Shown piece by piece: positions 24,366-37,735 of a DNA stretch of 64,000 nt. Numbering within the stretch: the first letter of the stretch is position 1; each line of letters begins with the position of its first letter. Under the pieces are notes generated by a model. The model was given only the letters and a program-made list of their open reading frames with translations, was not told the DNA's origin and made no database searches. Source of the DNA: Malacoraja senta (lineage: Eukaryota); NCBI GenBank assembly GCA_038087875.1, contig CM075993.1, positions 932,001 to 996,000 of the forward strand, given 5' to 3'. The translations under genes were made by a program, and so were the position numbers.

Positions 24366-24537
24366 ATGTTTAAGAAAGAACTGCAGATGCTGGTAAAATC
24401 GAAGGTAGACACAAAATGCTGGACCTGAAATGTCGACAATTCCTTCTCTCCATAGATGCTGCCTCACCTGTTGAGTTACTCCAGCATTTTGTGTCTACCT
24501 TCGATTTAACCAGCATCTGCAGTTCTTCCTTAAACAT
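24366..24537. mobile_element. Penelope-derived element with about 55-bp inverted arms
   Basis: ATGTTTAAGAAAGAACTGCAGATGCTGG...ACAAAATGCTGGA versus TCCAGCATTTTGT...CCAGCATCTGCAGTTCTTCCTTAAACAT. Confidence 0.75.
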
Positions 24538-25091
24538 GGACAGGGATGCGTTTCACTCCATTCAACGTCTACGACCAAATCGCTTCACTGTGGAATAAAC
24601 AACAGTGCAGGATACACACACTGCGTTATTTATTACCGCTCGTCTCACATCCTGTTTTGCTTCCTCGTAACCTGCAGCTAAAAATAATGGAATGGATCTC
24701 ATTGTTCACTAGCAAGATGGTGAATATATCAAAGTGGAATGTTGCTGGCTGCGGTTTACTTTCTGCCGAGGTGCCAGTCCGGGCTACGTGATGTGAAATT
24801 CATGCCTTGTGGCTGAACAATGATATTGTCTTCTGGAACAGTCGGGCAAATAAGCCGTAAGGCAGGGAATGGGACAATCGACCAAGAAGGTAAACATACT
24901 GGCATCAAAACCCTGGCATTTCTAGTCGGCTTGCTTCGAGGAACTCTTGACAGACTGTAATGAATGAGCAAGGACCACGTGTGTGAGACGTGACCTACTT
25001 TTACAACATTCATTAACAATTTGCAGAATCAGCATGGCCAGGATCGACCAAAGACACAAAATGCTGGAGTAACTCAGCGGGACAGGCAGAG

Positions 25092-25305
25092 TGATCCATC
25101 TCTCCCTCCAACCCCATTCTCCTGCCTTCTCCCCATAACCCGACACCCGTACTAATCAAGAATCTATCCATCTCTGCCTTAAAAACATCCACTGACTTTG
25201 CAACCACAGCCGTCTGTGGCAATGAATTCCACAGATTCACCACCCTCTGACTAAAGAAATTCCTCCTCATCTCCTTCCTGAAAGAACGTCCTTTAATACT
25301 GAGGT
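25092..25305 (-). mobile_element. CR1 3' end
   Basis: Minus ORF LSIKGRSFRKEMRRNFFSQRVVNLWNSLPQTAVVAKS. Confidence 0.8.
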
Positions 25306-25974
25306 TCTCAAGGATAACCTGGGCTGGGCGATGGGTGCTGGCTTTGTACGTGATGACCACACCACAGCAAAGTACGGTTTGAACGAGAAATACTCGTCAA
25401 TGGAGGTCCTAAATGCATTTGCCCGTCGATCGGTTGCTGGTTGATGGAGACATGTCCATTCACAAAGGTCTTGGAGGACATTTACCATCTCCGTCAGGCA
25501 GACATGCAGATAATTGTAGAGGATGGCAGTGTGATGTACTTAAACGGCCGTCACTGATGTGAAAGACAATGTCTGGGTAACACAGCAAGAGCATCAGATT
25601 GTCTCAGACTTCTGAAAAGCCCAAGAATGATTCTTCTTGTCAGGTGTCCGAAACTAATAGAAAGAATGTAAAAACCTCCAGATGTGGGGAAGTACAGGTT
25701 CCTGTGAGCAAGTTTATTGTGTACATGGAGTGTTGGGGGACTGTAACGCACTGCCAGGGGTGGTGGTGGAGGCAGATATGATCGTGGCATTCAAGAAGCT
25801 TTTTGAAAAAGCCCACAGGTGTGCAGGGATGGGAAGGATAGGGAGTGTATGCAGACAGAGGAGATTAGTACAAGTTGGCATAGTGTCGGACTGAAGGGCC
25901 TCTTCCTGCGTTGCACGCTACTGTGCTCTACGCTGGAAATTTAAAATAAAAACAGAAAGAGCAGGGAATACTTA

Positions 25975-26216
25975 AGGGCCTGTCCCACTTTCACGACTTA
26001 ATTCTTTCATCCCGACTATTTTTTTACTCGTGGACATTTTTTTATCGGGCTGGATTAAACATCCCGACTTACCTGATACCACGAGTAGCGGGCGTAATGA
26101 GCCGCTACGATATATCTATGAACTCCTACGGGCTAGTTACGAACATTCTGCGAGTTTGAATCAGGGGAAAACTCGGGAGAATTGGTGAATTACCTCGTGA
26201 AAGTGGGACAGGCCCT
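25975..26216. mobile_element. MITE, AGGGCCTGTCCCAC TIR family
   Basis: TTA|AGGGCCTGTCCCACTTTCACGA ... TCGTGAAAGTGGGACAGGCCCT|TCA. The interior shares TTTTTTACTCGTGGACATTTT with 8258-8533. Confidence 0.85.
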
Positions 26217-26700
26217 TCAGCAGGTCAGGCTGCTTCTGTGGGGTGAGAAACAGGTAATGCTTTGTCCTGGACGTTTTGTCTCCAATTCCCTTCCACAGAT
26301 GCGGGCTGATGTGCGGAGCGTTTTCACCATTTTCTGTTTAGTTTTTTTTACACACACGTGCGGTGTGTAGAAGTCTTGATTCCCAGCGCTGCTGTTCCTT
26401 GCCTTGAAACAATGGGGAAATGGACTGTAGTGAAATGAAAGGATGCAGGGAACAAGGAATAGAACGTCAGCAGCCCCAGTCTGCGTAGAGTCGATGCACT
26501 TCACCCGAATGCCAACTGCATGAGCCCTCACAAGAGTAGAGGAAAAAAATCAATAAAATCTCTTGCTCCGGGAGGCTTCAAAGCTCTCCACACAGTTAAA
26601 GTGCTTTTAAAGTCTGCTCTCTGTTAGAACCAACAATTACTATTTTCTATGTTTCAGTATTGATGTGCTTTTGCCTTTCAGTTAAACCGTTGGCAGAGAC

Positions 26701-26872
26701 TAGAAACATAGAAAATAGGTGCAGGAGTAGGCCATTCGGCCCTTCGAGCCAGCACCCCCATTCAATGTGATCATGGCTGATCATCTAAAAATCAGTACCC
26801 CGTTCCTGCTTTTCCCCCATATCCCTTGATTCCGTTAGCCCTAAGAGTTAAGTCTAACTCTCTCTTGAAAAC
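26701..26872 (-). mobile_element. CR1 3' end
   Basis: VFKRELDLTLRANGIKGYGGKAGTGY* plus 3' UTR. Confidence 0.8.
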
Positions 26873-26994
26873 GCGAGGGAGGACCGTGGGCCAGGATGGA
26901 GGAGAGCTGTCCGGTAATTTTTCAACTGCTGCTACAGCATCATTAACCCCTCCCCCACTGGACAGGGGACTTGTTGGCACAACGTTCAGTTGCA

Positions 26995-27275
26995 AAGTAA
27001 TGCTTCCGACAGTGTAGCACTCGATGTAGCATTACACTGCCTTGTCACCCTGGCTTACAGGCTCAAAACATGCAACGGGATGGGTAGGAAGAAGGGTCTC
27101 GACCCGAAACGTCACCCATTCCTTCTCTCCAGAGATGCTGCCTGTCCCGCTGAGTTTCTTCAGCATTTTGTGTCTCATCTTCGGTGTAAAAACCAGCGTC
27201 TGCAGTTCCTTCCTGCACATGTCATGGGACGTGAGCTTGGAGTTGTCCGACTCGGACAATGTTACTCAGTGTTGA
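26995..27275 (-). mobile_element. Degraded Deu-domain SINE (SacSINE1/AmnSINE-like), interrupted by a Penelope-derived element (about 27088-27220)
   Basis: CTTCCGACAGTGTAGCACTC...CATTACACTGCCTTGTCACCCTGG resembles the Deu core as I recall it. Similar remnants lie near 30430-30540 and 45375-45510. Confidence 0.5.
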
Positions 27276-27312
27276 ACTATGGTGGCATTGGCAGAGTACT
27301 CTCTCAGCTTTG

Positions 27313-28035
27313 GCTGCTGGTGTGTGGGGATCCTCTGCTGGTGTGTGGGGATCCTCTGCTGGTGTGTGGGGATCCTCTGCTGGTGTGTGGGGATCCTCTG
27401 CTGGTGTGGGGGGATCCTCTGCTGGTGTGTGGGTATATCCATGAACTGGTCCTCTGCTGGGGTGTGGGGATCCTCTGCTGGTGTGTGGGGATCTTCTGCT
27501 GGTGTGTGGGGATACCCATGCACTGGTCCTCTGCTGGTGTGTGGGGATCCTCTGCTGGTGTGTGGGGATCCTCTGCTGGTGTGTGGGGATACCCATGCAC
27601 TGGTCCTCTGCTGGGGTGTGGGGATCCTCTGCTGGTGTGTGGGGATCTTCTGCTGGTGTGTGGGGATACTCATGCACTGGTCCTCTGCTGGTGTGTGGGG
27701 ATCCTCTGCTGGTGTGTGGGGATCCTCTGCTGGTGTGTGGGGATACCCATGCACTGGTCCTCTGCTGGGGTGTGGGGATCCTCTGCTGGTGTGTGGGGAT
27801 CTTCTGCTGGTGTGTGGGGATACTCATGCACTGGTCCTCTGCTGGTGTGTGGGGATCCTCTGCTGGTGTGTGGGGATCCTCTGCTGGTGTGTGGGGATAC
27901 TCATGCACTGGTCCTCTGCTGGTGTGTGGGGATCCTCTGCTGGTGTGTGGGGATCCTCTGCTGGTGTGTGGGGATACCCATGCACTGGTCCTCTGCTGGT
28001 GTGTGGGGATACCCGTGCACTCATCCTCTGCTGGG
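27313..28035. repeat. Minisatellite with a 21-bp unit (GGATCCTCTGCTGGTGTGTGG) and 77-bp/154-bp higher-order periods
   Basis: Direct tandem repeat. The GATACCCATGCACTGGTCC variant recurs every 77 bp, and the CTGGGG variant occurs at 27457, 27611 and 27765. Confidence 0.95.
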
Positions 28036-28104
28036 AATCCTTTCCCGGGTCAGCAACATCCCAATGGGTTTCTGACAATGTCAAGACAATTTGACGCTTT
28101 CTCT

Positions 28105-28335
28105 TTCTTTAGAGACACAGCCCGGAAACAGGCCATTCGGCCCACCGGGTCCGGACCGACCAGCGATCCCTGCACGCTAACACTATCCTACACACACTAG
28201 GGACAATTTACATTTATACACACAAGCCAATTAACGTACAAACCTGTTCGTCTTTGGAGTGTGGGAGGAAACCGAAGATCTCGGAGAAAACCCACGTGTT
28301 TGCGGGGTAAGGCAGCAACTCTACCGCTGCACCAG
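28105..28335 (-). mobile_element. HE1-like V-SINE with internal deletion
   Basis: Matches 43846-44125, with the B-box region missing. Confidence 0.75.
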
Positions 28336-29399
28336 CGATCCACGGTGTGTTAGAAATACTAGTGCGTGGCTGGAGCATTCAGAACATCCACCTCCTTCAA
28401 TCCGCTGGAAGAACCAAGGGACGGGTGGTGCAAGGGACGGCTGATCCATGGAAGAACTTCCTCCAACTCCAATGAAGCCGAGCAATAAACAGACAACAAA
28501 ATGGTGTCCTTGTCTTTTTTGGGTCTGCTGGGTGGTCTGAGGAAGAACTCATGGTTGGAACATGTGGAGCACGAGGGCTGCAACGTTTGCCACCGACGTT
28601 CTTGAGCTGCTGTTGTTGTAGACCCATCACTCCTCCAGCTTCACAATTCACTACTCTTCAATCATTTTGTCTCACACCCATCTGCCTATCAACCCCTCCC
28701 CCCCTCACTTGTATCCGCCAATCAGTTGCCAGGCTTTGCCCTGCCCCTCCTCTCTTCCATATTTCTTCTTCTCCCTTCCCCTAACACCACAATCAGTCTG
28801 AAGAAGGGTCTCAACCTGAAACATCACCTCTCCACATCCTGCAGAGCCGCTGCCTGATTGTTGAGTGTTACGCCAGCACTTTGTGTCATTTTAATCCACC
28901 TGGTTACCCAGACACAATCCAGATGGGTTCCTTGGTCTTCTCAACCCTTTCCAGGGTTTTGAGTAAGTTGTGACTTAAAACTTTCCCTCCCCATTCCCAC
29001 AGAGACCTTGCAGTTGAGCTCCAGGGCGCATTGCTCCTGCGTGAGGCACGTTGGCCAACAAACCAACATCAGGAGGCAGACGCCAGCATAACATTAAGGG
29101 GAAGCCAAGTTTTGGACCTACTGAAATGTATTGAGTTTGGCAAATTCTGACAGCATTATTGTATTTCATAAATGCAATTCAGCCTAAAGATCGATGCAAG
29201 TCAAAGATACTAACAATGAGAGAGGATTGATCCAGAGATGGTGAATTTAAAATAAGAAGCGATTGGGAAATGATGGAAAGTGTGAGGGGGCTGAATGCAG
29301 AAACAGCCAGCATAGCGGGAGATGTTTGAGTGTGCTGATACTCACATTGTTTAATCGTGCTAGAATTTAGTGGGATTTAACAATCAATTCAGACTATTG

Positions 29400-29795
29400 G
29401 CTGCAACCTACCCCCCATTGACGAACTGTACACTGCAAGGGCCAGGAAGCGAGCGGGTAAGATCATCTCTGACCCCTCTCACCCTGGCCACAAACTCTAT
29501 GAATCACTTCCCTCTGGAAGGCGACTCCGGACTGTCAAAGCTGCCACACCCAGACATAAAAACAGTTTTTATCCACGAGTAGTAGCTCTACTCAATAACC
29601 AAAAATCTGTAGCCTGTTTTTGCTCTGGTATTTTATTTAATTCACACGTTTAATTGATAATATCTTATTATTAATGTTCAATGTTTTAGGTGTCATTCCT
29701 AACTGTCACTGTATGTCATGTTGTCACTTGCGGGCGGAGCACCAAGGCAAATTCCTTGTATGTGAATACTTGGCCAATAAACTTATTCATTCATT
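29400..29795 (+). mobile_element. Rex1/Babar-like LINE 3' end (second subfamily), (ATTC)n tail
   Basis: GKIISDPSHPGHKLYESLPSGRRLRTVKAATPRHKNSFYPRVVALLN, then AATAAA and ATTC repeats near 29777-29796. Confidence 0.75.
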
Positions 29796-31425
29796 CACGA
29801 GGTGAAGGGAAACCATTGTCAATGTCAGGCAGAAGATTCAAATATTTGAAACGTACCACCAGATCCAGGAACAGCTTCATCCCCTCTGTTACCAGACCAC
29901 TGAACCGTCCTCACATAAGCTAAGGTGCAGTCTCGATCTTCCAGCCTACCTCATTGCAGACCTTGTATTTTTTCTCTGTAACTGCAATGCTCGAATACTT
30001 TATTCTGCACTCTGCCATTTTTCCCTTTGCCATAAATAAGCACAAAGTGAAAAATACCAAAGTGCAGAATGAAGTATTAACTATATTTCACTGTATCCCA
30101 GTCCACGTGAGAATAATAAGCCAATGCCAAGAGGTAGAGGCTTTCCCACAAGAGGAATCATCGGTCCTGTCAAGATCTCTCAGCATCTTACATGCTTCAA
30201 CTGGACTTCAATCTGTCCAGTCCCACGGACGTGGCACATCTCAACACAGGAATGAACTGAAGAAACAAGTTAACATATTGACTAAGTGTCACAGAGCTTT
30301 CATCTATACAGTAGCCAGCTCCCTTTTACATTGCAGTGCTGGCTGCTGGAGGAAGATTAGCTGCACATTTTATGATGCAATGCGCTTGATGTTACCACTG
30401 TTATTGATTGAGGGAGTAACGTTAGCTTGAGCACCAAGACATTGCCTGTTCATCTTGAAACAGTTGCCCTGGGATCTGCAATGTTGTCCAAACAGGCAGG
30501 CGGAGTTTAGATTTATTACTCTGGAAGATTGAAATGCCAGGCGTTAGATTCCGTCAGCATTAAAGGACCAATGTCGATCATGCGTCGGAGATATTGGACA
30601 GCTGAGCATGGGAGGAACGGTGCAGCTAACTGCAGCCAACTCCCACACAGCAAGGTTGAAGGGGGGGGGGGGGGGAGGTGGGGGGAGGACAGGGCACCAA
30701 GTTGCCTCAGATTTATTACGCTGCGTTACTGTCACTCTGTATCACAGCGCAAGGTTTCAGATCTCGTCTCCAGATGGGAATTAGTTTATTGTCACATGTA
30801 CAGAGGTACAGCGTGCTAACCAGTCAGCGGAAAGACAACACATGATTACAATCTGGCCATTGGCAGTGAACAGATACAGGATAAAGAGAATAACATTTAG
30901 TGCAAGATAAAGTTCAAACAAAGATAGATCAAGGGTCTCCAATGAGGTAGATAGTAGCTCAGGACTGCTCTCTAGTTGTTGGTAGGATGGTTAAGTAGAT
31001 GAGAACAGCAGAATTACAGCAATCCTTGGAGATAGGATGCTCTAACTGGAGTCAGAGTGCATGCAATTTTCTATTGAGTGCTTGGTCACTTAGTTGAAAT
31101 GGTGAGCATTGCCAAATATGTAATCTAATAAACAGGCAGAGAGATTTATCACCCAGTAACAGCAGGGGTCGTTAGGGCGAGTGGCAGCCGGTATTGATTA
31201 GGAATGAAAAATGTATTGGAAAACAACTATTTGCAGAGAGAAATGCTTTAATCAGGTTGATGATGCAAATGAAATCTGGTTCTGTATCAAAGATGTTACC
31301 TTTCTGATCTCCGAATCATCCAGCACTTATTCTGCAGACACAAAGACGCCAGTATTCACCTGTAATCAACGTACCAATCACCTGGCCAGAAAAATACTTT
31401 TGTCATTACGTGGTACAAAAGTAAA

Positions 31426-31998
31426 TGAGACCACACCTGGAGTATTGCGTACAGTTTTGGTCTCCAAATCTGAGGAAGGACATTATAGCCATAGAGGGAG
31501 TGCAGAGAAGGTTCACCAGACTGATTCCTGGGATGTCAGGACTTTCATATGAAGAAAGACTGGATAGACTTGGCTTATACTCGCTAGAATTTAGGAGATT
31601 GAGAGGGGATCTTATAGAAACGTACAAAATTCTTATGGGGTTGGACAGGCTAGATGCAGGAAGATTGATCCCGATGTTGGGGAAGTCCAGGACAAGGGGT
31701 CACAGCTTAAGGATAAGGGGGAAATCCTTTAAGACCGAGATGAGAAAAAATGTTTTCACACAGAGAGTGGTGAATCTCTGGAACTCTCTGCCACAGAGGG
31801 TAGTTGAGGTCAGTTCATTGGCTATATTTAAGAGGGAGTTAGATGTGGCCCTTGTGGCTAAAGGGATCAGGGGGTATGGAGAGAAGGCAGGTACGGGATA
31901 CTGAGTTGGATGATCAGCCATGATCATATTGAATGGCGGTGCAGGCTTGAAGGGCCGAATGGCCTACTCCTGCACCTATTTTCTATGTATCTATGTAT
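31426..31998 (+). mobile_element. Young CR1 LINE 3' end
   Basis: Uninterrupted ORF 31425-31904 RPHLEYCVQFWSP...QRRFTRLIPG...KAGTGY*, followed by 3' UTR and tail. Confidence 0.93.
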
Positions 31999-33189
31999 CT
32001 TTAGTAATTCATCCTCGAAATGCATAAATGATCAGGTCAGTCGACCTTTGTGGAGGGAGATAGACAAAGGACTATTCAGGCCAAGACCCTCCATCTGTTA
32101 ATTTCCCTCCACACATGCTGACAGATCTGCTGAGTTCCTCAAGCAGTGTTTCCAGCATCTGCAGTTTCTTGTGTCTCCAGGTAAATTATCATTCCACCCT
32201 TCCAAAGGAAAATAGAGATGGAACTCGATGGCTCCAACAAGACTGCAGAGATAGGGTTTTAAATGGAAAACTTAGCACATCAGTGAGATATTGCAAACCA
32301 TTTAATATGACAACAGCAATAAAGCACAGAGGGCTAAAACGCACAGCCGTTTCTCAACAGCAAAAGGGAAGCGGTTTCGTGGTCATAATTCCTGGAAACA
32401 GGCATTTGACAATCACAACAACCTTGCTTCTTAAATAGAGGTGAGGCATGTCGGAACAAAAATCTCTGAGCTATCTGTGTGGAGTTTCCACCACGTGCTC
32501 TGGTTTCCCCTCTCATCCCAAGAACATGCAAGCCGGGAGATTAATGGGCCGTTGTAAGTTGTCTCCAGTAGAGGAGTGTGGTAGAGTCTGGGACTATGGG
32601 GATAGTATGGGAAGACTAGTGTAAAGGGAAAATGAGTGGAGAATGGTCTGGGTGTATGTATCAGCATAGACTTAACGGGCAGAATGGCCTCATTCTATGC
32701 TATAAAGATGTATGTGATGGCGCCAGAATAGAGAATGATTTATGGAATGTCCCCTGCAGGTGAATTTCTCGAGTGGCCTGAATGGAAGTACATTGGAGAT
32801 TCAATGCTAATGCATACATTGTCTTATCACGACCAGATGGACACATTCTATACCAGGTAGTCATCAATGTACTATTCCCAACACAGCTGTCCTCTCTCAA
32901 GATTATTTTTGTTCATTGATCACAGAAACCTCGTTCCGATGGGATATTTCAGACCTCATCAAAACCTTGACCCAAACATGGACCAAGAAGTGAATGCCAG
33001 AGATGTGGTGACAGTGACTGCCATGGACCTAAGGAGCCATTTGAGTGAGTGTGGTATCAATCAGCCCTGGTGAGACTGGACAGGCATCAAGGGGAAAATG
33101 GGCTGGTCGGTAGCAACTAAGATTTAAACCATAAAGTATGAACCATTGACCATGTCCAACAAGACCATGTCTAACAAGACAGAGTCTAA

Positions 33190-33367
33190 AGGGCCTGTCC
33201 CACTTGGGTGTCATTTACGCGTCATCATTTACGCGTCACGATGCACGACGTGATGCGTGCATGGTGCGTGGTGACGTAGGCAGTGACGGGCAGTCACGCG
33301 CGGCGTCTCAGGATTTTGGGATGTACAAAATCTTCGCGCACCATCTGCGTGAAGTGGGACAGGCCCT
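33190..33367. mobile_element. MITE, AGGGCCTGTCCCAC TIR family, perfect TAA TSD
   Basis: TAA|AGGGCCTGTCCCACTT ... AAGTGGGACAGGCCCT|TAA, with a distinct CpG-rich interior. Confidence 0.88.
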
Positions 33368-34699
33368 TAACCATCTACCCTTGGCACTCAATTGCAGGAA
33401 TATTGCAGAATCGTCACCATCTCAACCACATGGGGGCCATGATTGACCAGAAACTCAACTGAACCAGTCACCTAAATACCACGGCTCAAGGCACAGGTCA
33501 GAAGTGGCTCGATGCCCGACACCCCAAATGCTTTTCATCGTCTACTAAGTACAGGTCGGGAGTGTGATGGATTAATGGCCGCAAGTGTATCGGGAAGCTC
33601 AAAGCCATCCAGGATTGGTACCCCATCGACCAAACCCAACCCTCCACCTATAACACGGACCATCTAGCAAATACATTGCGATTTCTTGTCTTGGCAACAG
33701 TTGCATCACCTCCAAACACACAAATACTGCCACCAAGTACGAGGGCATCAGATACTTGGGGACATCACCCAGTGCAAGTGGCACCCCACACAGCCAGGCC
33801 ATCATGGTCTCAATCTAAATCTTGGAACGCCCTCCCCAACTGGAGAGCACGTTCTCCAGAAGGACTGTGGCGGTTCAAGGCGGCATCTCTCCGCCACCTT
33901 CTCGAGGGCAATGGAGGCTCTAGTCTTAGTGTATCCCACATAGAAATGAATGAATAGTTTAAAATAAAACATGCGGGATTACGGCCAGTTTTGGAATTTA
34001 AAATTAATCTCTCACAACTTAATGAAAACGTGTTACATATCATGGATGCAGTTGTGTTTCTCATTAGCTCGTTACTGAACATCAACCACTGCTTCTGTGA
34101 GCTGAATAGTAACAATAAGAGGCAGCAAGTCATCACAGACTCAAAGAGTTTATACTAGAAGGTGTAATGATTGTTGACAGTCCATGTATAAAAATAACTG
34201 CCAGCTTTGCAAATACAATCTAACCTCAACAGGTTGGATGGAAAAACATAACCAAATACTACTAACAAGGCTGGGATCTCAAGAGATGTTAGTCAAGGAG
34301 CCCAGTATTCTCCTGGGCCGTGTCCCACATTGCATCTTACACAAATCTGCTGCTCACATCAACTCCCACTGACAATGGACACCATCAGTGTTTGCTTGCG
34401 GGAGTTCTACAAAATTCCTCTGTGGGTCAAGGTTCAAACAGCAGCTTAAGAGGAAGTAAACAAGAGATTTCTACCACAGCAATGATTGGCATGGCTGAAA
34501 TCAGATGTATTTGGAGAAATCTTCTTCTGTACCAAACCTGTCCTTGCTTAATCCACTCGAGGCTCAATGTAACAATTCACAGCACAGAATAAACAGCCAG
34601 TTCGATTCAGTCACAAGTGTATATAAATTATGTCATTCCCAAGGTGACTCCAATTTCCAAATTACTTCACCTTGACAACTGACAGATTTACACCAGAGA

Positions 34700-35055
34700 T
34701 AGACACAAAAAGCTGGCGTAACTCAGCGGGTCAGACAGCATTTCCAGAGAAAAGGAATAGGTGACGTTTCAGGTCAAGACCCTTCTTCAGACTGAGAGAC
34801 AGTAGAAAGGGAAATGAGAGATGAAGATGATGATGTAGAGATATATGGAACAAATTCATGAAAGATATGCAAAAAAGAAAGGATGATAAAGGAAACAGGC
34901 CATTGTTAGCTGTGGGCTTTGGTGAAGAGGAGTACAGGCAACGAGACTCAACAAGACGACTTTGAAGGAGGTATGATTTGGGTGGGGGAGAGGGTGGAGA
35001 GGGGGATGCATGAGTTAATTGAAGTTAGAGAAATCAATATGAATACCACTGGTGT
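34700..35055 (-). mobile_element. Penelope-like element 3' fragment with hammerhead core (34763-34790)
   Basis: Reverse complement of the 5950-6299 element, including the PSG.xIDFSNF-like end and CTGAAGA-A-GGGT-CTTG-ACCT-GAAA-CGTC. Confidence 0.8.
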
Positions 35056-36149
35056 GGTGGACCTGGCTCGGGCTCACAGTGACCAGCATGAAGTACTAAC
35101 GCAGGTTGATCCACTCTGATCCACGGACTCACAACGGCAAAAACTCCAATTCAATTGTTGTTATACGGAAACCCAATGAACCAAACCCTCTCCTATTTAC
35201 TTCCAATGAATAAAATTCTCAAATGGCCTCTTCTTACCCATGTGGAACGATTGGATTCTTAGCCCTGGTTTAACTGAAGCATTTCCTGTGACAGTTCACG
35301 GTGTTAAACGACACAGATCTCACAGTAAACACCAATTAGAACTACAGTGATATTTAGCACCACCTTCCCTCAAGGTTCATTTTGGACAGGGCTCCAGTAT
35401 ATTTTGCCAGCTTCCTACCCACCGCGATGGACAATCACCTTTACAGCTACGTTTGATCAACATCTTTTTTATTTAAACTATTTTACAGCACGCAGATATT
35501 TAAATAGCGCAGGTACTGTCAGTTTGTGTTCAAGTGGTTTTTTTTTTAAAGCACTGTTAGATGCTAAACCAATCTGCTCTGCAATAAATGCTCAGAGTTC
35601 CACATAAGCCAACAGATTTGAGCAATGGTGAGCCGGAGGGAGCAGAGAGGCACAATGGCAAGAATTAATGAGTAGATATCTCTGAATCAACAAATATTCT
35701 AAGAATATAATTAAATACATTTTATTCACAAAACTAGGATAAAGAATGGTTTCTATAAACAGAATGCATGACACAGCACTGCTGTCACAGCCAGTGTCCC
35801 TGGTTAACAATATTCAGCACTTCACACATTCAACTTATGTTACCATAATATGTATTTCACTGCTGGTAATTTGACTAAAATAACTGAACAGAAAAATAGC
35901 CTTCACTGCTGGGAATGGGGCCAGAGTTTGACTCGGGCCAGCGATGGGCATTTGTGAGGCTGCATCTCCCACCGGTTTACACCTCATCTCATCCTCCATT
36001 CTACCGTCCCGGCCCAGAGCAATATTGGATGGGACCTTGAATAGTTGCTCCGTCTAATTTCACTGTTCCCACGTCTAGTTTTTCCATCCGGATTAAGGAT
36101 CCAGAAACCCACGTGCAGACGTTAGTTGCCGAGCCAGGCCCCTGCTCCT

Positions 36150-36750
36150 AAATTTTAATAGGAATCTGAGGGTGTCACTTTTTACACACAAAGGGTGGTG
36201 GGTGTACGGAACGAGCTGCCAGAGGAGGTAGTTGACGCCGGGACTATCCCATCATTTAAGAAGCAGTTAGACAGGCACGAGGATAGGACAGGTTTGGAGA
36301 GATATGGACCAAGCACGGGCAGGTGGGACTAGTGTAGCTGGGCCATGTTGACCAAAGGTGCAGGAGCCAGCACCACCATTCAATATGATCATGGCTGATC
36401 ATCCCCAATCAGTACCCCGTTCCTACATTCTCCCCATATCCCTTGATTCCATTAGCCCGAAGAGCTAAATCAAACTCTCTCTTAAATACATCCAGTGAAT
36501 CGACCTCCACTGCCTTCTGTGGGCAGAGAATTCCACAGATTCACAACTCTCTGGGTGAAAAGGTTTTTCCTCATCTCAGTCCTAACTGGCTGACCCCTTA
36601 TTCTTAAACTGTGACCCCTGGTTCTGGACTCCCCCAATATCGGGAATATTTTTCCTGCATCTAGCCTGTCCAATCCGTTAAGCATTTTATATGTTTCTAT
36701 AAGATCCTCCCTCATCCGTCTAAATTCCAATGAATACAAGCCCGGTCGAT
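36150..36750. mobile_element. Two CR1 3' ends tail-to-tail (36150-36350 on +, 36356-36750 on -)
   Basis: Plus strand FYTQRVVGVRNELPEEVVDAG. Minus ORF GLYSLEFRRMREDLIETYKMLNGLDRLDAGK. Confidence 0.8.
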
Positions 36751-37259
36751 GCATTCTTGACGTGTTTATATTCGATCCATTCTAGATGTGCTCACAGCAC
36801 TTCTTGCTCCTTTGACCAAGGGCTTTAATCAATGGAGATTCACGTTGGTAGTGAGTTTAGTTACCAGGGCTTCGGGAGAGGGAGCAGTGAAAGCTTAGCA
36901 CAGAGAGATAGATGGGGCACTATGTAACACAAGCACTACAGTAAGTCACTTGGAGCGGAGAGCAGTAATCAGCAACTTACCTGCTCGAGGTGAGGGAAGA
37001 TTATATATATAGTGGGAAGCCAGTGACCTTCGCTGAGCTCGTTGCTTTGGGTTTGCAGAAACGCCACCACGACAGAGCAGGAGATTCAATTGGAAAAACA
37101 GGGAATCTGACAGAAAAAGGTAGAGTCGCCACAAAAACTCCGCAGTTAGGTGGCATCCGTGGAGATGGAGCCAATGGTTCAGGTCAATGACTGGTGAAAG
37201 GACTCTGATGATGGTGACTACCCTGTACATTAACTCTGTCTCGTCTATAGTGATGTTAC

Positions 37260-37385
37260 TTGACCCTTCTGTCCTGGTCATCCTCCATTGCCTGGGTGAG
37301 GGCAACGCAAACTGGAGGAACAGCGCCTCATATTCTGCTTGGGTAGCTCACAACCCCACAGTATAATAGTGGAAATCTCCAGTCA
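37260..37385 (+). pseudogene. Penelope-like GIY-YIG endonuclease C-terminal remnant
   Basis: Frameshifted SVLVILHCLGEG / RKLEEQRLIFCLGSSQPHSIIVEIS overlaps the FRLGSLQPSGMNIDLS motif near 5958. Confidence 0.65.
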
Positions 37386-37421
37386 AAGCTTCTGACAACC
37401 TCCCTCATCTCTCCATTCTCT

Positions 37422-37735
37422 TTAGTTTAGTTTAGAAATACGGATACAGGCCCTTCGGCCCATCGGGTCCGCACCAGCCAGCAATCTCCGCACATTAACA
37501 CTATCCTACACACACTAGGGAAAGTTTTTACATTTACACCAAGCCAATTAACCTACAAACCTGTACGTCTTTGGAGTGTGGGAGGAAACGGAAGATCTTG
37601 GAGAAAACCCACACAGGTCACGGGGAGAACGTGCAAACTCCGTACAGACAGCACCCGTAGTCAGGATCGAACCTGGGTCTCCGGCGCTGCATTCGCTGTA
37701 AGGCAGCAACTCTACCGCTGTGCCACTGTGCTGCC
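37422..37735 (-). mobile_element. HE1-like V-SINE, full length
   Basis: tRNA-like head, V-domain and (CTAAA)n tail. Confidence 0.85.

Noticed and set aside
24820..24895. GNGTIDQE followed by a GT donor, resembling an EF-hand loop
   Set aside because: The upstream residues do not fit an EF-hand, there is a stop shortly upstream and no good acceptor.
26990..28200. Overlapping ORFs up to 361 aa, and a possible CRISPR-like array
   Set aside because: These are translations of the 21/77-bp minisatellite. There are no unique spacers and no cas genes, and the DNA is eukaryotic.
33190..33205. Similarity of the MITE TIR (AAGGGCCTGTCCCAC) to the CR1/SINE tail (AAGGGCCTGTTTCCAC)
   Set aside because: Only about 10 bp are identical and nothing beyond aligns, so it cannot be distinguished from chance.
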